DNA from: Phyllosticta citribraziliensis
Taxonomy: Eukaryota
Length of the DNA: 64,000 bases
Assembly (NCBI RefSeq): GCF_038025025.1
Contig: NW_027117340.1
Coordinates: 1,860,001 to 1,924,000 of the forward strand
Direction of reading: 5' to 3'
The notes under the pieces are model-generated. The model worked only from the letters and a program-made list of their open reading frames with translations, was not told where the DNA came from and did no database searches. Numbering within the stretch: the stretch's first letter is position 1; every line of letters starts with the position of its first letter. A program made the translations under genes and the position numbers. Positions 49,804-60,913 of the stretch are shown here, in pieces.

Positions 49804-51195
49804 TTACTGTGGCAACGTCAGCAAGCCTGCATCTATGGCGGTTCACTGCTGCCATACCTTCATGGGAGCAAACCCACCGTATGGACCGGGCATGCCCATG
49901 TTGGGGTAGACCGGGGGAGGAGGGGCCGGGCGGTAGGGAGTGCCAGCGGGACCAGAGTTGTTTTGGCTGCGGCCCCAGGAAAGACGGACGCGCGAGTTGC
50001 CAATGGGGTATCCTTGCATCTGGTTGATAGCCATCTCTGCGGCATGGCGCTGCACGAATTGGACGAATCCACAACCCTTGCCCGGCGGGATCTTGACGTA
50101 AGTGATTTCACCAAAGCCTTGGAAGAAAGAGCGGAGCTCATCCTCGGTGACGTAGCCAGAAAGGCCTCCGACAAAGACGGTCGTGTTGTTGGGGTCGGTA
50201 AACTGGTTCATGGGCTGAGGAGCACCGTAGTAGCCAAGAGGCGGTGCGCCCATTCCGTACATTCCCACGGGGCCAGGACCGTGCATGCCGCCCATGGGGC
50301 CACCGGCAGCGGCTGGGCCACCGCCGCTCTTGTTCTTAGGAGTAGCGGTCGAAATGCGCATCGGGCGGTTGCCGCAGTAAACACCCTGCATCTCGTTGAG
50401 CGCGCGCTGCTGCTCACTCTCTTCGGAGAAGCGAACGAATCCGTAACCACGAGACATGCCGCTGATGGGATCCGTCATGATCTTGGCCGACTTGCACGAG
50501 GGGTACTTGTTCTGGAACAGCGAGACCAGGACGTATTCGTTGACTTCGGGGCCGAGGTCGCCGACAAAGATGGAGTACTCGGGGCCACGGTCGTCACGGC
50601 GGTCAGCGAGGCCTCCTCCGGAAGCCCAATTGAGCTTGAAGGGACGGTTCGTGTTGGGAATCATCTGTCCATTGAGGGAAAGGGCCTTGGAGGCAGCCTC
50701 GGGCGTCTGGAAGTCGACAAAGCAGTAGCCGGCATTGTTGCTACCATGGTTAGCTTTGATTGTTGAAGCAAGGGATGTTGCAACTCACCCAGAGAACTTG
50801 TCCCGGATCATCTTGACGTTGACTTGCTCGCCCATGCCAAACCAGACACTGCGGATGAAGTTTTCGTCGATCCAAGGCTCGAGTTCACCCATCCTGCCCA
50901 CGTGTTAGCCATCAATTGCGAAAATGTTGCGCGTCGACCTTGGGTGAAGCGCCAGCTTCGGACCGACGCGACCGTGTGCGCACGCGTACCAGAGGGTTGT
51001 CTTGGCCTCGCCGCCAGGGCCTGGCTGAGCGGCGTTGGGCGCGCCAACGGGCATGTTTCCACCTTGGAACTGACCAGCCGCGCTCTCGATGGGCTGACCC
51101 ATCTGAGGTTGTGGTTGACCTCCAGCGACGCCCTGCGCGTTGGAGTCGTCGGCGCCGGGCTGGCCTTGAAACGAGTTGTCGTAGGGGAAACTCAT
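49804..51195 (-). CDS. NAM8: Three-RRM RNA-binding protein of the Nam8/Ngr1/Csx1 (TRNAU1AP, RBP45/47) family
   Basis: TLWMGELEPWIDE, AGYCFVDF, FKLNWASGGG, SIFVGDLGPEV, SRGYGFVRF, DPNNTTVFVGGL, KGCGFVQF, RVRLSWGRSQ. Introns 50989-50894, 50788-50741 and 49857-49807; the last exon starts with TAA at 49806-49804. Confidence 0.9.
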
Positions 51196-51834
51196 GGTGA
51201 CCGCGCGAGGTGCTACGGTAGGTATATTCGGAAGTGTGAAAAAGTTGAAGAAGTGGCTTGGGGTTAACGTCCTAGCGTTGACGACGGTAGAAGCTAGCCG
51301 GGCAGAGGATAAGTCAGCACAGGCGCTCTGATCGCACGGCGGAGAGCCATGTGAGAAAAGCAAGAGGCACGAGCCCGCAGCCCTGATCAGGCGTGCAGAT
51401 GATTGACGCTTGGGGCAGAACTCACCTCGAGAAGAATGACTGCAGATGGCAGATGTATCGCCGAGATTGCGACAAGACGACCTGGATTGCGCGCGCAGGC
51501 AAAGCCCAAGGAAGCGGAAGCAGCAAGCCAGATGGAATTGAAGGCGACTTGACTTGGGAGGGACCGCGCGAGCGAAAGTTCAGAGTTAGGAGAACCTAGC
51601 AATGCTGAATGAAGGTCGTTTGCTCGAAGCGGCGGAAGCAGCAGAAGAGAGGTCACTCGCAAATCTGCCGAGAGATGAGAAAGAGTCAGTCAGCAGGCGG
51701 CGGCAGAAGCGAGAGTGAGTAAGCGCAAGCCAGATCACATGCGCGCGCGCGCGAGGGAGGGACTTTGTCGAGGCGGGGTTGAGCGACGGAAGGCGCGAGG
51801 TGGAAAAGATGCGGGAGAGAGGTGGAGTGGTGGA

Positions 51835-51861
51835 GTGGTGGTGGTGGTGGTGGTGGTGGTG
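51835..51861. repeat. (GTG)9 microsatellite upstream of the NAM8-family gene
   Basis: Directly visible. Confidence 0.85.
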
Positions 51862-53098
51862 ATTTGTGGGCGGAGGGTTGAAGAGGTGCGGTCCGGGAGC
51901 GTCAGAGCGAGGTACCTAGCGTCGGCGGCGGCGTCGGCGGCGGCGGCACGACACAAGACGCACGACGACAACGGCCCAAGACAGGCGCGCGCGCGCGCGA
52001 GAGGCAAATGCGGTTGCGAGTCGGTGGCTCGACGACCTGACGCGCTTGGCGGGGTGAGAGTGCCGGGGCGGCGAGGATCGCAAACGGACGACGGCCGGGG
52101 CAGCGAGGATCGCGGTTGGTTGGGTGAAGTGAGAGGTGAGGTGTGAGACGAGGGAGACGTGTGGGCCGCGGACGCGATTGAAAAAAATCGAAATCAGCAG
52201 CGAGCGACTTACCAAGCTAATGACGACGGACTGAAGCAGAGCGGCAATCAGATCGAATGCAGAGAGACTGGCGCCAGACTGGAGAGACGAAAGACCCAAC
52301 ACGCGCGACGCAAAGGGAAGACGGGCGAATAAATAAGCGTGGGGAGTGGTGGTGAGGGATTAGTGTGGAGGTAGTTGTGAGGGCGAGGAGCGAAGGGAAG
52401 GGAAGGGAAGACGAGGAAAGGGCAGACGCAGTCCCGTGATTCCACTCCGTCGCGGTCCACGGTCCCATGTTTTGGCCAGAGTCTATCGAGCCCACGACCG
52501 CAACCCAACCCATCCATCCCATGCCGCTCCGTCAGGTCCGCAACCAAAGCCCTCTCCTCGCTGCACGACATGGCCCTCTGTACGGTAGGGCTGTTTCAGC
52601 AAGATGAAGACGATCGACTTGACCGCTTGCAGTCGCCCATCCCCACCACTGCCAGTCCTCAGAGCTCCACATCGGCTGCCCTCAACAGAGACCCGCCGGC
52701 CTGGATCCCCCCAGCTGCAAACAGTCACCTTGACCTCTCTGTGTAGGTACCTAGTCATCTACGAGTACGGTAGCTCCAGATGCTGTACCATGGCGCGCCA
52801 CTCCCGCCGACCCGTTGCGCTGCCATCCCTCCCGACCGCACACAACACTACCGGTACACACACACCCCTCGCACAAGGTCCGTCGTCTGCTGCTCAAGAT
52901 CTGCTGCGGGGATTCCACCACCTGACGTCCTTCGCTGTCCGCGTCTGTGCTGGCCCGGACACCACGAGAATCACATTGCTTGTTTTGTTCAGGGGCCGCT
53001 CTTTGGCAACTGCTCCACGCGTTTATTGGTTGCTACATGGCATCGACGGGCTCGAGGCCACGAGACAAGTCATCAACCCCACCATCCCATCTCCTTCT

Positions 53099-53735
53099 TT
53101 ACTGCTTTGGGGGAACGCCCTCGGCCGCCGCCGAGTCGCCAAACGAGTCGCGTCCAGACTCAAACACCTTGTCGAAGTCGTACTCGCCCCACCTGATGTC
53201 CGGGTTGAGGCCAGCAAACTTCCACACGCCGTTGACCTTTTTGTACCAGTGCGTGTTGGTGCTGTGCGCGTGGCCCTTGACGGCCACCTTGGTGCGCGAC
53301 GAGTCCGTGTACCGCTGGTGCGGCACGCGCAGCTGATGCACGCCAACGACCTCGTCGTCCGAAATCTTCTCCCACTTGGATCCGCCGATGAAGTGTTGGG
53401 TCTTGAGCAGCGGGTCGCCAAGCACGTCGGGAGACGAAATCATGCCAATGAACTCCTCGGCTGGCATGGCCTCCCAGAGCTTGTCCAGGAACGAGCGGTA
53501 ATCGATCTGCAACGGACCATTGGCCATGGCCTCTTCGTCATAATCATGGTAGCGTACTGACCCTCAACGTTGGCGCAATGCACTTGCTCAACCGAGCCCA
53601 GTCCTTGGTGTCGTAGCTGTCGGCCCACTCAACAAGACAGTTGCAGAGGCCAAGGTAGTCTGGTTGCCATTAGTAACGCACCATGGCCGCCATGTGAGGC
53701 TCCATACCCTCGAAGGTGATGTTTTTGCTGGCCAT
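53099..53735 (-). CDS. SCD1: Scytalone dehydratase (DHN-melanin pathway), 3 exons
   Basis: [67 protein letters not shown]. Introns 53707-53660 and 53561-53507. Confidence 0.96.
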
Positions 53736-54950
53736 GTTGGAATGAAGTTTGGGTGATTGAATTGGCGAGGATCGAGTGATTGGTACGTTCGGAGCGAGCA
53801 AGACGTCAATGGCCCAAGGTCCCTGATATATACGTCCATGTCACTGTTCGGATCCCCATGCTAAGGCGTGTCCGGCGGACTCTGCGGGGGGGACCCGAAA
53901 GCCACGGGCAAGATGCTAACCATGTTGACACGAATCTAGAAGAATTCGAATCGGTTGCGGCAGCTGGAGACGAATGGGAGAATTTAGAAAAATGCACAAG
54001 TTTGGGTCGACAGACTCTGGGTCGTGGATGGCATGGCTTGCTATAGCGTGCCATGGTGGAGGGGCGGGGCGGCGTCTGCCACTCATTCCTGGGCTGCACA
54101 GCACGGGCAGCGAGTGACGAGGCTCAGTCCACATGCAGTAGGATCGCAGGACCGGCCTTGACGACCAAGATGAAGGTCCGGGTAGATCTTGGGCGGGTAG
54201 CTTGTGCACCCGGAGCTGAGCTGGGTACTGTAATGGATGCAAGCTGGCAGTCCGGGTGCCGTGGCGGGGGCGATGCCGGGCGTGGATCGGACCTCATGGC
54301 TGACCTGACGGGCGCGCGCGGGAACGGACGGGAAGGCAATGCGGTGCCGCCGGCCCGAAGCTTCGGCCTTCGATTCGGATGGCCTCCAGGAGCTCATTCA
54401 GTTGGTTGATTGTTGCTTCACAAATCAGTCTCAAGAACCATCACTCCCAGAGTGGCCCAGCTCCAGCTCTGGTACCAAGTAAGATGGCTGGGTCGGCACC
54501 GCGACACATGTAAGCAAGACAACAGCTCCGCATGCTCTCCGGAGCTTAAGCTGCTGGAGCTACTGCACAAATACCTGGGCATCATCTGTTGGCATTTTAC
54601 AGACGTCGGCCTGGGGCCAAATGACTCGTAGTGCCTGAGCTTCGAACACGGCCGTTTTTGGCAGCAATAGGGACCGCCATGACATTGACGACTTCAGTTG
54701 TCGGCAGAGACAAAGCCTCGAACGGGCTGAGCAATAGGAGAGTGACGCAAGCCGGAGCGTCTTGGCGCCACCGCGACTTTGGCCCTCCTGCGACACGTCC
54801 AACGCAACAATCCACTTCCAAACGCCTTCACAGGCGTCTCAGTCTCTCACCCTCTCCCAGGAACCAACCCGACCAGCAAGAAACCGCCTCTGCCCCTGTT
54901 TCGCCCTCCCTTGACGCCTCCTCCTTTGCTTCCTCAACTTTCACCCGGCC

Positions 54951-56011
54951 ATGTCAGACGCCAAATACCAGCCCGCACCGACGGCCGAACCGCCGCGCGA
55001 GCCCCCGCCGACCTACGAGTCTGCCGTCGACAAGACGCAGCAGCAGCCCGCCGCCGCCAATGCCGGCCCGTCGCCCAACCCTCGCCGTCAAACAATGTCG
55101 CGCGTGCCTCTTCCGCTGGACCTGGCTGCCTTGAACGACCTTAGAGGGAAGAGGGTCGTCTTGGCCTCGGCGAGCCCCAGGCGGCGACAATTGCTCGCCC
55201 AGGTGCGTCAGAGTCAGCAAACGCGGCCAACAATACAATCAAAGTCAGGTTTAACAAGGGGGCGTTCGTTTCATCACAGATTGGCCTGCCGAATGTCGAA
55301 GTCGTACCATCAACGTTTGCCGAGGACCTGCCCAAGAGCATGGCGCCATTTGAATACGTGCTCGAGACGGCAACGCAAAAGGCCATGAACGTGTACAAGG
55401 TCGAGATTGACAACGAGGAAAAGGGCGAGCCGGCCCTCATCATCGCCGCCGACACCATCATCGTCGATCATTACGGTGCCATACTCGAGAAGCCGCGCAG
55501 CGAGCGCGAGCACATCGAGATGCTCAAGAACCTGCGCGATCACGGCGAGCACCACGTCTTCACCGCCGTGGCGTGCATGAGCCCGCTCGAGAGCGCAAGG
55601 GATCCGGGCTACGCAATGAAGACGCACGTCGAGGACACGGTCGTGCGGTTCGATAAGAGCGGTGCGTTGAATCATTCATAGCCGGCGCTTCGACGAGACA
55701 CCTTCCCCTTTCCTTCCCCCTGAAAATCACCACAGGTCCATGGTTATCCGCTGACTTGAGACCGGCACGCAGTCACCGACGACCTCATCCTGGCGTACGT
55801 GCGCACGCGCGAGGGCGCCGACAAGGCCGGCGGCTATGGAATTCAGGGCATCGGATCCATCCTGATCGAGCGCATCGAGGGCACCTTCGACAACGTCGTC
55901 GGCCTGCCCCTGCGCGCCACGCTCAAGCTGATCGAGGAGGTCACCAAGGACGAGGACGAGATGGACGAAGACCTAGCCGCCGCCATGGACGGTGATGATG
56001 TCGAGGTGTAG
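54951..56011 (+). CDS. Maf-family nucleoside triphosphate pyrophosphatase (dTTP/UTP type), 3 exons
   Basis: VVLASASPRRRQLL, IIAADT, ILEKP, DKAGGYGIQG, IEGTFDNVVGLP. Introns 55203-55279 and 55662-55772. Confidence 0.92.
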
Positions 56012-57379
56012 GTTCAAATTTTTGGAAGGGCAAACAAAAGCCAGGAACACGAGCCGTGTAAGCTGGGCCCGTTGCGGAGCATGAGAAGCTGAGGCTCGGG
56101 GCAGCAAGCTCGTTTGCTGTCCCATTTGAAAGTCATGCTATGCTGCATCGGCGTACATACGGGGCATAATTGGTCGACCAACAGCAGCCGAGTCGACGCA
56201 AGTCGCATATACCCACCTGCATACACATCGTTGGCAGCTTGGTCACGGAGACCGAGGAGGCAAGAAGCATTTAAACAGCCGTAGGCTCATTGGATCATGT
56301 ACATGACAGGAGAAAGACATGATGCAAATCGACTTAACCGATAGACTATTCACATTTTGTTCTCGGACCGTTGGTTCTTTTCTTGATCGTTGTCCGTCTC
56401 TCTGTCGAGAGAATATCCATGCAATAAGAACGAGGTGCATTGTGCTCCCAAGGACTCGTGCCCGCGGTGGGGGCTGAAGCGCAAGAGTCCTCCCCATTCG
56501 ATCTGATCTGTTCCCCTCCTCGAGACGGTCTTTGGTGTGCCGCCTCGACTTTCCCCACTCGCTCCCATCATGGATTTCTCGGCTTCGTAGTCTGTTGGTC
56601 TATCCGTCTACTCATCATCCACTTCCGCAGAATTAACAATCGATACTTTCACACCGAAAACGACTACGCCACGCCGCCATGATGCGGACCTGTCTGGTAC
56701 TCAGGGCGAGATGACTCGGCGTGTCGTTGACGGCATCAATGTACACGACATATTATGCACCATGGTGTTCGCAGCCCGAGTCCGAAGCTACGTCATCTCG
56801 TCTTCTGCACAGGCATGGTGCTGTAGGTGTAGAAGTGCAGTCTAGACTTTTTCTTCTCAATCATGTTTCCGTCCCTCTTGGCCAATTTCTCATATTTCTT
56901 TCTTGCTAGTGAGTGGTTTCCAGTTCCCAATCTCGCGCCTGGCCGGGTGCGACAGCGAGTGTCGAGAAATATGGAATTTCCGTCTGCAATGCAGAACAGA
57001 ACGACTGCCCCTTGGATCCTGCACCAGAATTTGTCATTCATTCAGACATCCACTTTTGGTGCCACTGGCGGGGGGTTAACTTCAAACTCATCACATGCCA
57101 GATGACGGAAACATGCATGTTCTTGTTGACATGAATTACTACGTTTGATTCATTCGTTGCTGGTCATTAAGATGCGCCCGCGTGCTATGCTGCCTGCCTG
57201 CCTGCCTGTCTGTCCGTCCGATACAGACAATACAATGCCATGCCAAATGCCACCATGCGATGCTAAAAGCCAAAGCTGGAACAAAGCCATCCGCCCAATG
57301 CAGCCAAGTGAAGAGATGCATCCAAAACAATCGCTCAGCCTCCTCTTTCCCCTCTCAACAGCGGAACAAGACACACGGC

Positions 57380-58493
57380 TTACTCCTTGGCAATCTCCAG
57401 CACGGCCTTGCCAAAGTTCTTGCCGCTCAGCATGCCGAGGAAGGCGTCGACGGCGTCGTCCAGCTTGTCGACGTGCATCTTGGCCTTGAACGTGCCCTCG
57501 TGGATCCACTTTTGCACGTTCTCCTGGTGCGCCTTGGCGTGCAGCGGGCCCATGTCCGGGTCCATGACGATGAAGCCGCGCATCGTGATGCGCTTGCTGA
57601 CCACGTGGAACAGGTTGCGGACGCCGTAGCGCTCCTCGGGCGTCAGGTTGTATTGCGAAATCATACCGCAGGCAACTGTGGCAATTGTTAGCAGGTGTGT
57701 CAAATGCGATGGTCGGATTGGACAAGGACTTACTGATGCGGCCCCTGTTGTTCATGGCCTCGAGCGCCGCCTCGAGCGTCTCGCCGCCGACGTTCTCAAA
57801 GTAAATGTCGATGCCGTTGGGCGCCAAGCGCGCCAGCGCGTCTCCGGGAGCCTCCTTCTTGTAGTTGAATCCGGCGTCAAAGTTAAGCTCCTTGAGGATA
57901 AAGTCGAGCTTGGCGTCGTCACCAACGCTGCCAATGACATTGAGGCCCTCGTGCTTGGCCAGCTGGCCGACGAGCTGGCCGACGGCACCACTGGCGGCCG
58001 AGATGAAAATCGTCTCGCCCTTCTTGGGCTTGCCGATTTCGTAGAACGACGAGTACGCCGTCAGACCGGGCATGCCCAGCGGGCCGGTGAAGAGCATCGG
58101 TTCCAGGTTGTAGGGGTTGTTCAAGTGTTTGAAGCCATTTGCCAACGCCTCGGGAAGCACGCTGTACTCCTGGATGGGGCACATGCCCGAGATGAGGTCG
58201 CCAGCCTTGAACTTGGGGTTGGCGGACTTGAGGACCTTGCAGACAACGTTGTTGTCCATGGGCTCGCCGAGTTCGAACGAAGGGAAGTATGACTTGGAGC
58301 CGGGCTCCCGCATGCGGCCACGCTGGTACGGGTCGAGCGAAGCGTAAAGGTTCTTGGTCACGATGCCGCCCTTGGGGGGCTCAACCGTGTCGAGGTCGAG
58401 GGGGCGCGACTCGACGGCGAGGTCGACGCCGGGCTTGGGCCAGCCCGTAGGCGGGTTCTTGTAGATCAAGCTCTTGTTCTGGGTTTGGACCAT
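57380..58493 (-). CDS. NADP-dependent oxidoreductase (prostaglandin reductase / LTB4DH-like MDR), 2 exons
   Basis: SLDPYQRGRM, LGMPGLTAY, GETIFISAASGAVGQLVGQLAK, GIDIYFENVGG, IACGMISQYN, GKNFGKAV. Intron 57733-57676. Confidence 0.93.
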
Positions 58494-60913
58494 TGTGATG
58501 TCGGTTGTGGTGTTGGGATGGAGAGGAAGAATTGAAGAGACTCAAAGGGGGAAGGTGTGGATTTGTTTGGAAGGTGCGGATAAATGGTATCAGAATGAAA
58601 GCAGAAGGCGAGGGGCTGGCGGGACTAGGCCGTCATATATACAGAGCTGCCAGCAGTGTAACCGCCAGCAAAGAGAAAGAAAAAAATTCAGAGAGGCAAT
58701 ATCACCGCGCCGGCGCAGACGTTAGCCGGCTCCTAACGTACGGACAGAGGGGCCTTCTTTCGCCCATCTTCGACGATTGCATCATGACAGGTCAAGCCAG
58801 CGGTCGGCAGTGGCGGCCGTCGGAGCCACTCGTCGAACCCTTACGACTGGCCTTGGCCGAGTGCCGAAAAGAGACGGGGATGAGGGGGTCACGGCCGCAA
58901 GGGAGACTGACGTTCTCCGCCCCGAGCGGCCCGATGCCGTGTCGGTCCCGACGTAGATTAGATTCCATGACGCACTAAGGTCTTGGAGGTATTCTTTTGC
59001 TCTGGTTTGGAGTGGCCAAAAATTGGAAAGCCGTTTATTCACAAGCTCTTCAAGAACAAAAGCCACAGTCGCGTATCTGCGAGCTCATGGCGACCACAGG
59101 TACAGAAGGGGCGCCGGGCAGGAGTACGCTTTTGGATGTCCGGTCCGCATCGCCCGGGCGTGCTGGCGGTGGTCCTTGAGCTGTGAGGAAGGGCTCGAGA
59201 TGTTTTCGGGGCGAGGTCCAGGCGGGATGGGCCAACGGAGACGGAGACTGTATCGAGTATGTAGGCCGCCGATGGTAGCTCAAGGCTGGTGGTTCTTCTG
59301 ACAGACGGCCGATGCTGTGGTGTTTCAGAGGGCGGGGAGGTGATTGGGAGTGGAAGAGGGATGGAGCATAAGGATGGTGATCGGCTTGCAAAACTGCGGT
59401 GGCTGCCCCGCGCCCACGATAGCCACGATAAGCCAGACGCGTCCTCGCCCTTCGCAGCTGAGAGCCATTGTTCACTCCCCTCTCCAACACCAAACACCAT
59501 CATCCTTGACGTCACGGACCTTGGTGCAGCTCCAACCTCCGTCGCCTCCTGAGATGTGCGCCAGCCATCGTCCGCCGTGCTCCCCGACCCACAGCCAACC
59601 CTGAGCCCACGTTGCTGAGCAAGCCGTCGCCGATTAATAATCCCCCAGACGACCGTCCTCTCTCCCAAACTCTGCACAGATGCGGTACTGTGTGCCGAAG
59701 GCATCCCAACAGGCGAGCAAACAACCTCGGATACAAGGCAGCCAACAGAGGAGGAGCGCGAGAAAAGAACTGTCACCAAGCGCGGCGGATACGGATCATC
59801 GGGGCCGTTTGACCACCTTGTTGGTCGACGACTGACGTACCAAGCCCACGCCCGCCTTGGTATCACCGAAATGGACAACGGACGTTGTCGCAGAAGCACG
59901 ACACAGGTGCAGGCAGATCAGTTCAAGAGCCGCGGTAAAATTCTAGATCTGCGTCCATCAACCGGGGTCGGACGTCGCTCGGACCCAGTCATTCGGGCCT
60001 GGTCCGGACGGTCTTCCTGCCTGTTGTGGTTCTTTCCTCTCTGTCCTTTTTCTGTGTGAAGCTATGATGATGACCAAGCTGTTCACTTGGTGAAGTGACC
60101 ACGTCCAGTCAGCAACGAGCAGCCCCGTGGTGATGATTCTGGCACCATCTTTTCCACAACGGCAAGCCACCGCTCCTCTTGCCGGTGGTGGCGTCGGCGG
60201 CTGCGCCCGTTTATATTTCCTTTTGCGGCAGAGCAGAAAACCGCTCGACAACGTGGCAGACAATAATCCGACAGGGAGCACTGCTGCAAGTCGGACGGGC
60301 AGCACCACAAGCACAGACCCTTCCATCTGTGTTCCTCGCCAGGTTCTGTACGGGATGTTGGCCGACGGGGTCTAGGGAGCTGTTTCCGGCTGCCGAATCG
60401 TTGACGCTGCATATCGCGTAGTGTCCGGTGGCCTGGTCATGTCACGCCGTTTTGAGTACCGTTGCGCCTATCTTGCAAATGCCTCTTAGAGTAGGGATGT
60501 AGATAGGGGGACAAAGGCACGGATGCTCGCTCCATCGTTTTTTCTCAGAACTCTTGACCAGCCCACGTGTGCTGACCTTGTGGTCTTGTTTCCACTTTCA
60601 ATCATTCCTCTTTATTCTACCGGGTACAGTCGTGCTGTCTCATGAGCATTGGAGATCCAGAGCCAACAGTGTTCTCAAGAATCGTTTGTTGCCATGGTCC
60701 CAAATTCCACGGTCTCGCAATCATGACGCAAATCATTCGTACATCCGTTCTGAACTCGGCTAATCACCTGTTTGATGCAGTTCAGACTCAGTCACACTGT
60801 CGAAAGAATTGATATCTTCGTCCATCTGAAGCATTCAATTCATGCTCCCTGGTTGCAGTTGCACTTCCATCCCTTCCCCTTCCTTCTCCTTCGCATCCAT
60901 CCCAAATCCAGAT

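Noticed and set aside
49684..50766. 360-aa + strand ORF
   Set aside because: Antisense shadow of the codon-biased NAM8-family CDS; no recognisable features.
2063..51195. Several RNA-processing genes in one window (CFT1, RRP7, GIS2, dsRBD, NAM8)
   Set aside because: They are interspersed with unrelated genes; no evidence of a functional cluster.
52604..53560. 318-aa + strand ORF
   Set aside because: Largely antisense to SCD1; no motifs.
59039..59899. 286-codon minus-strand ORF
   Set aside because: Non-ATG start, Arg/Ser/Pro-rich shadow-like composition and no homology recognised.
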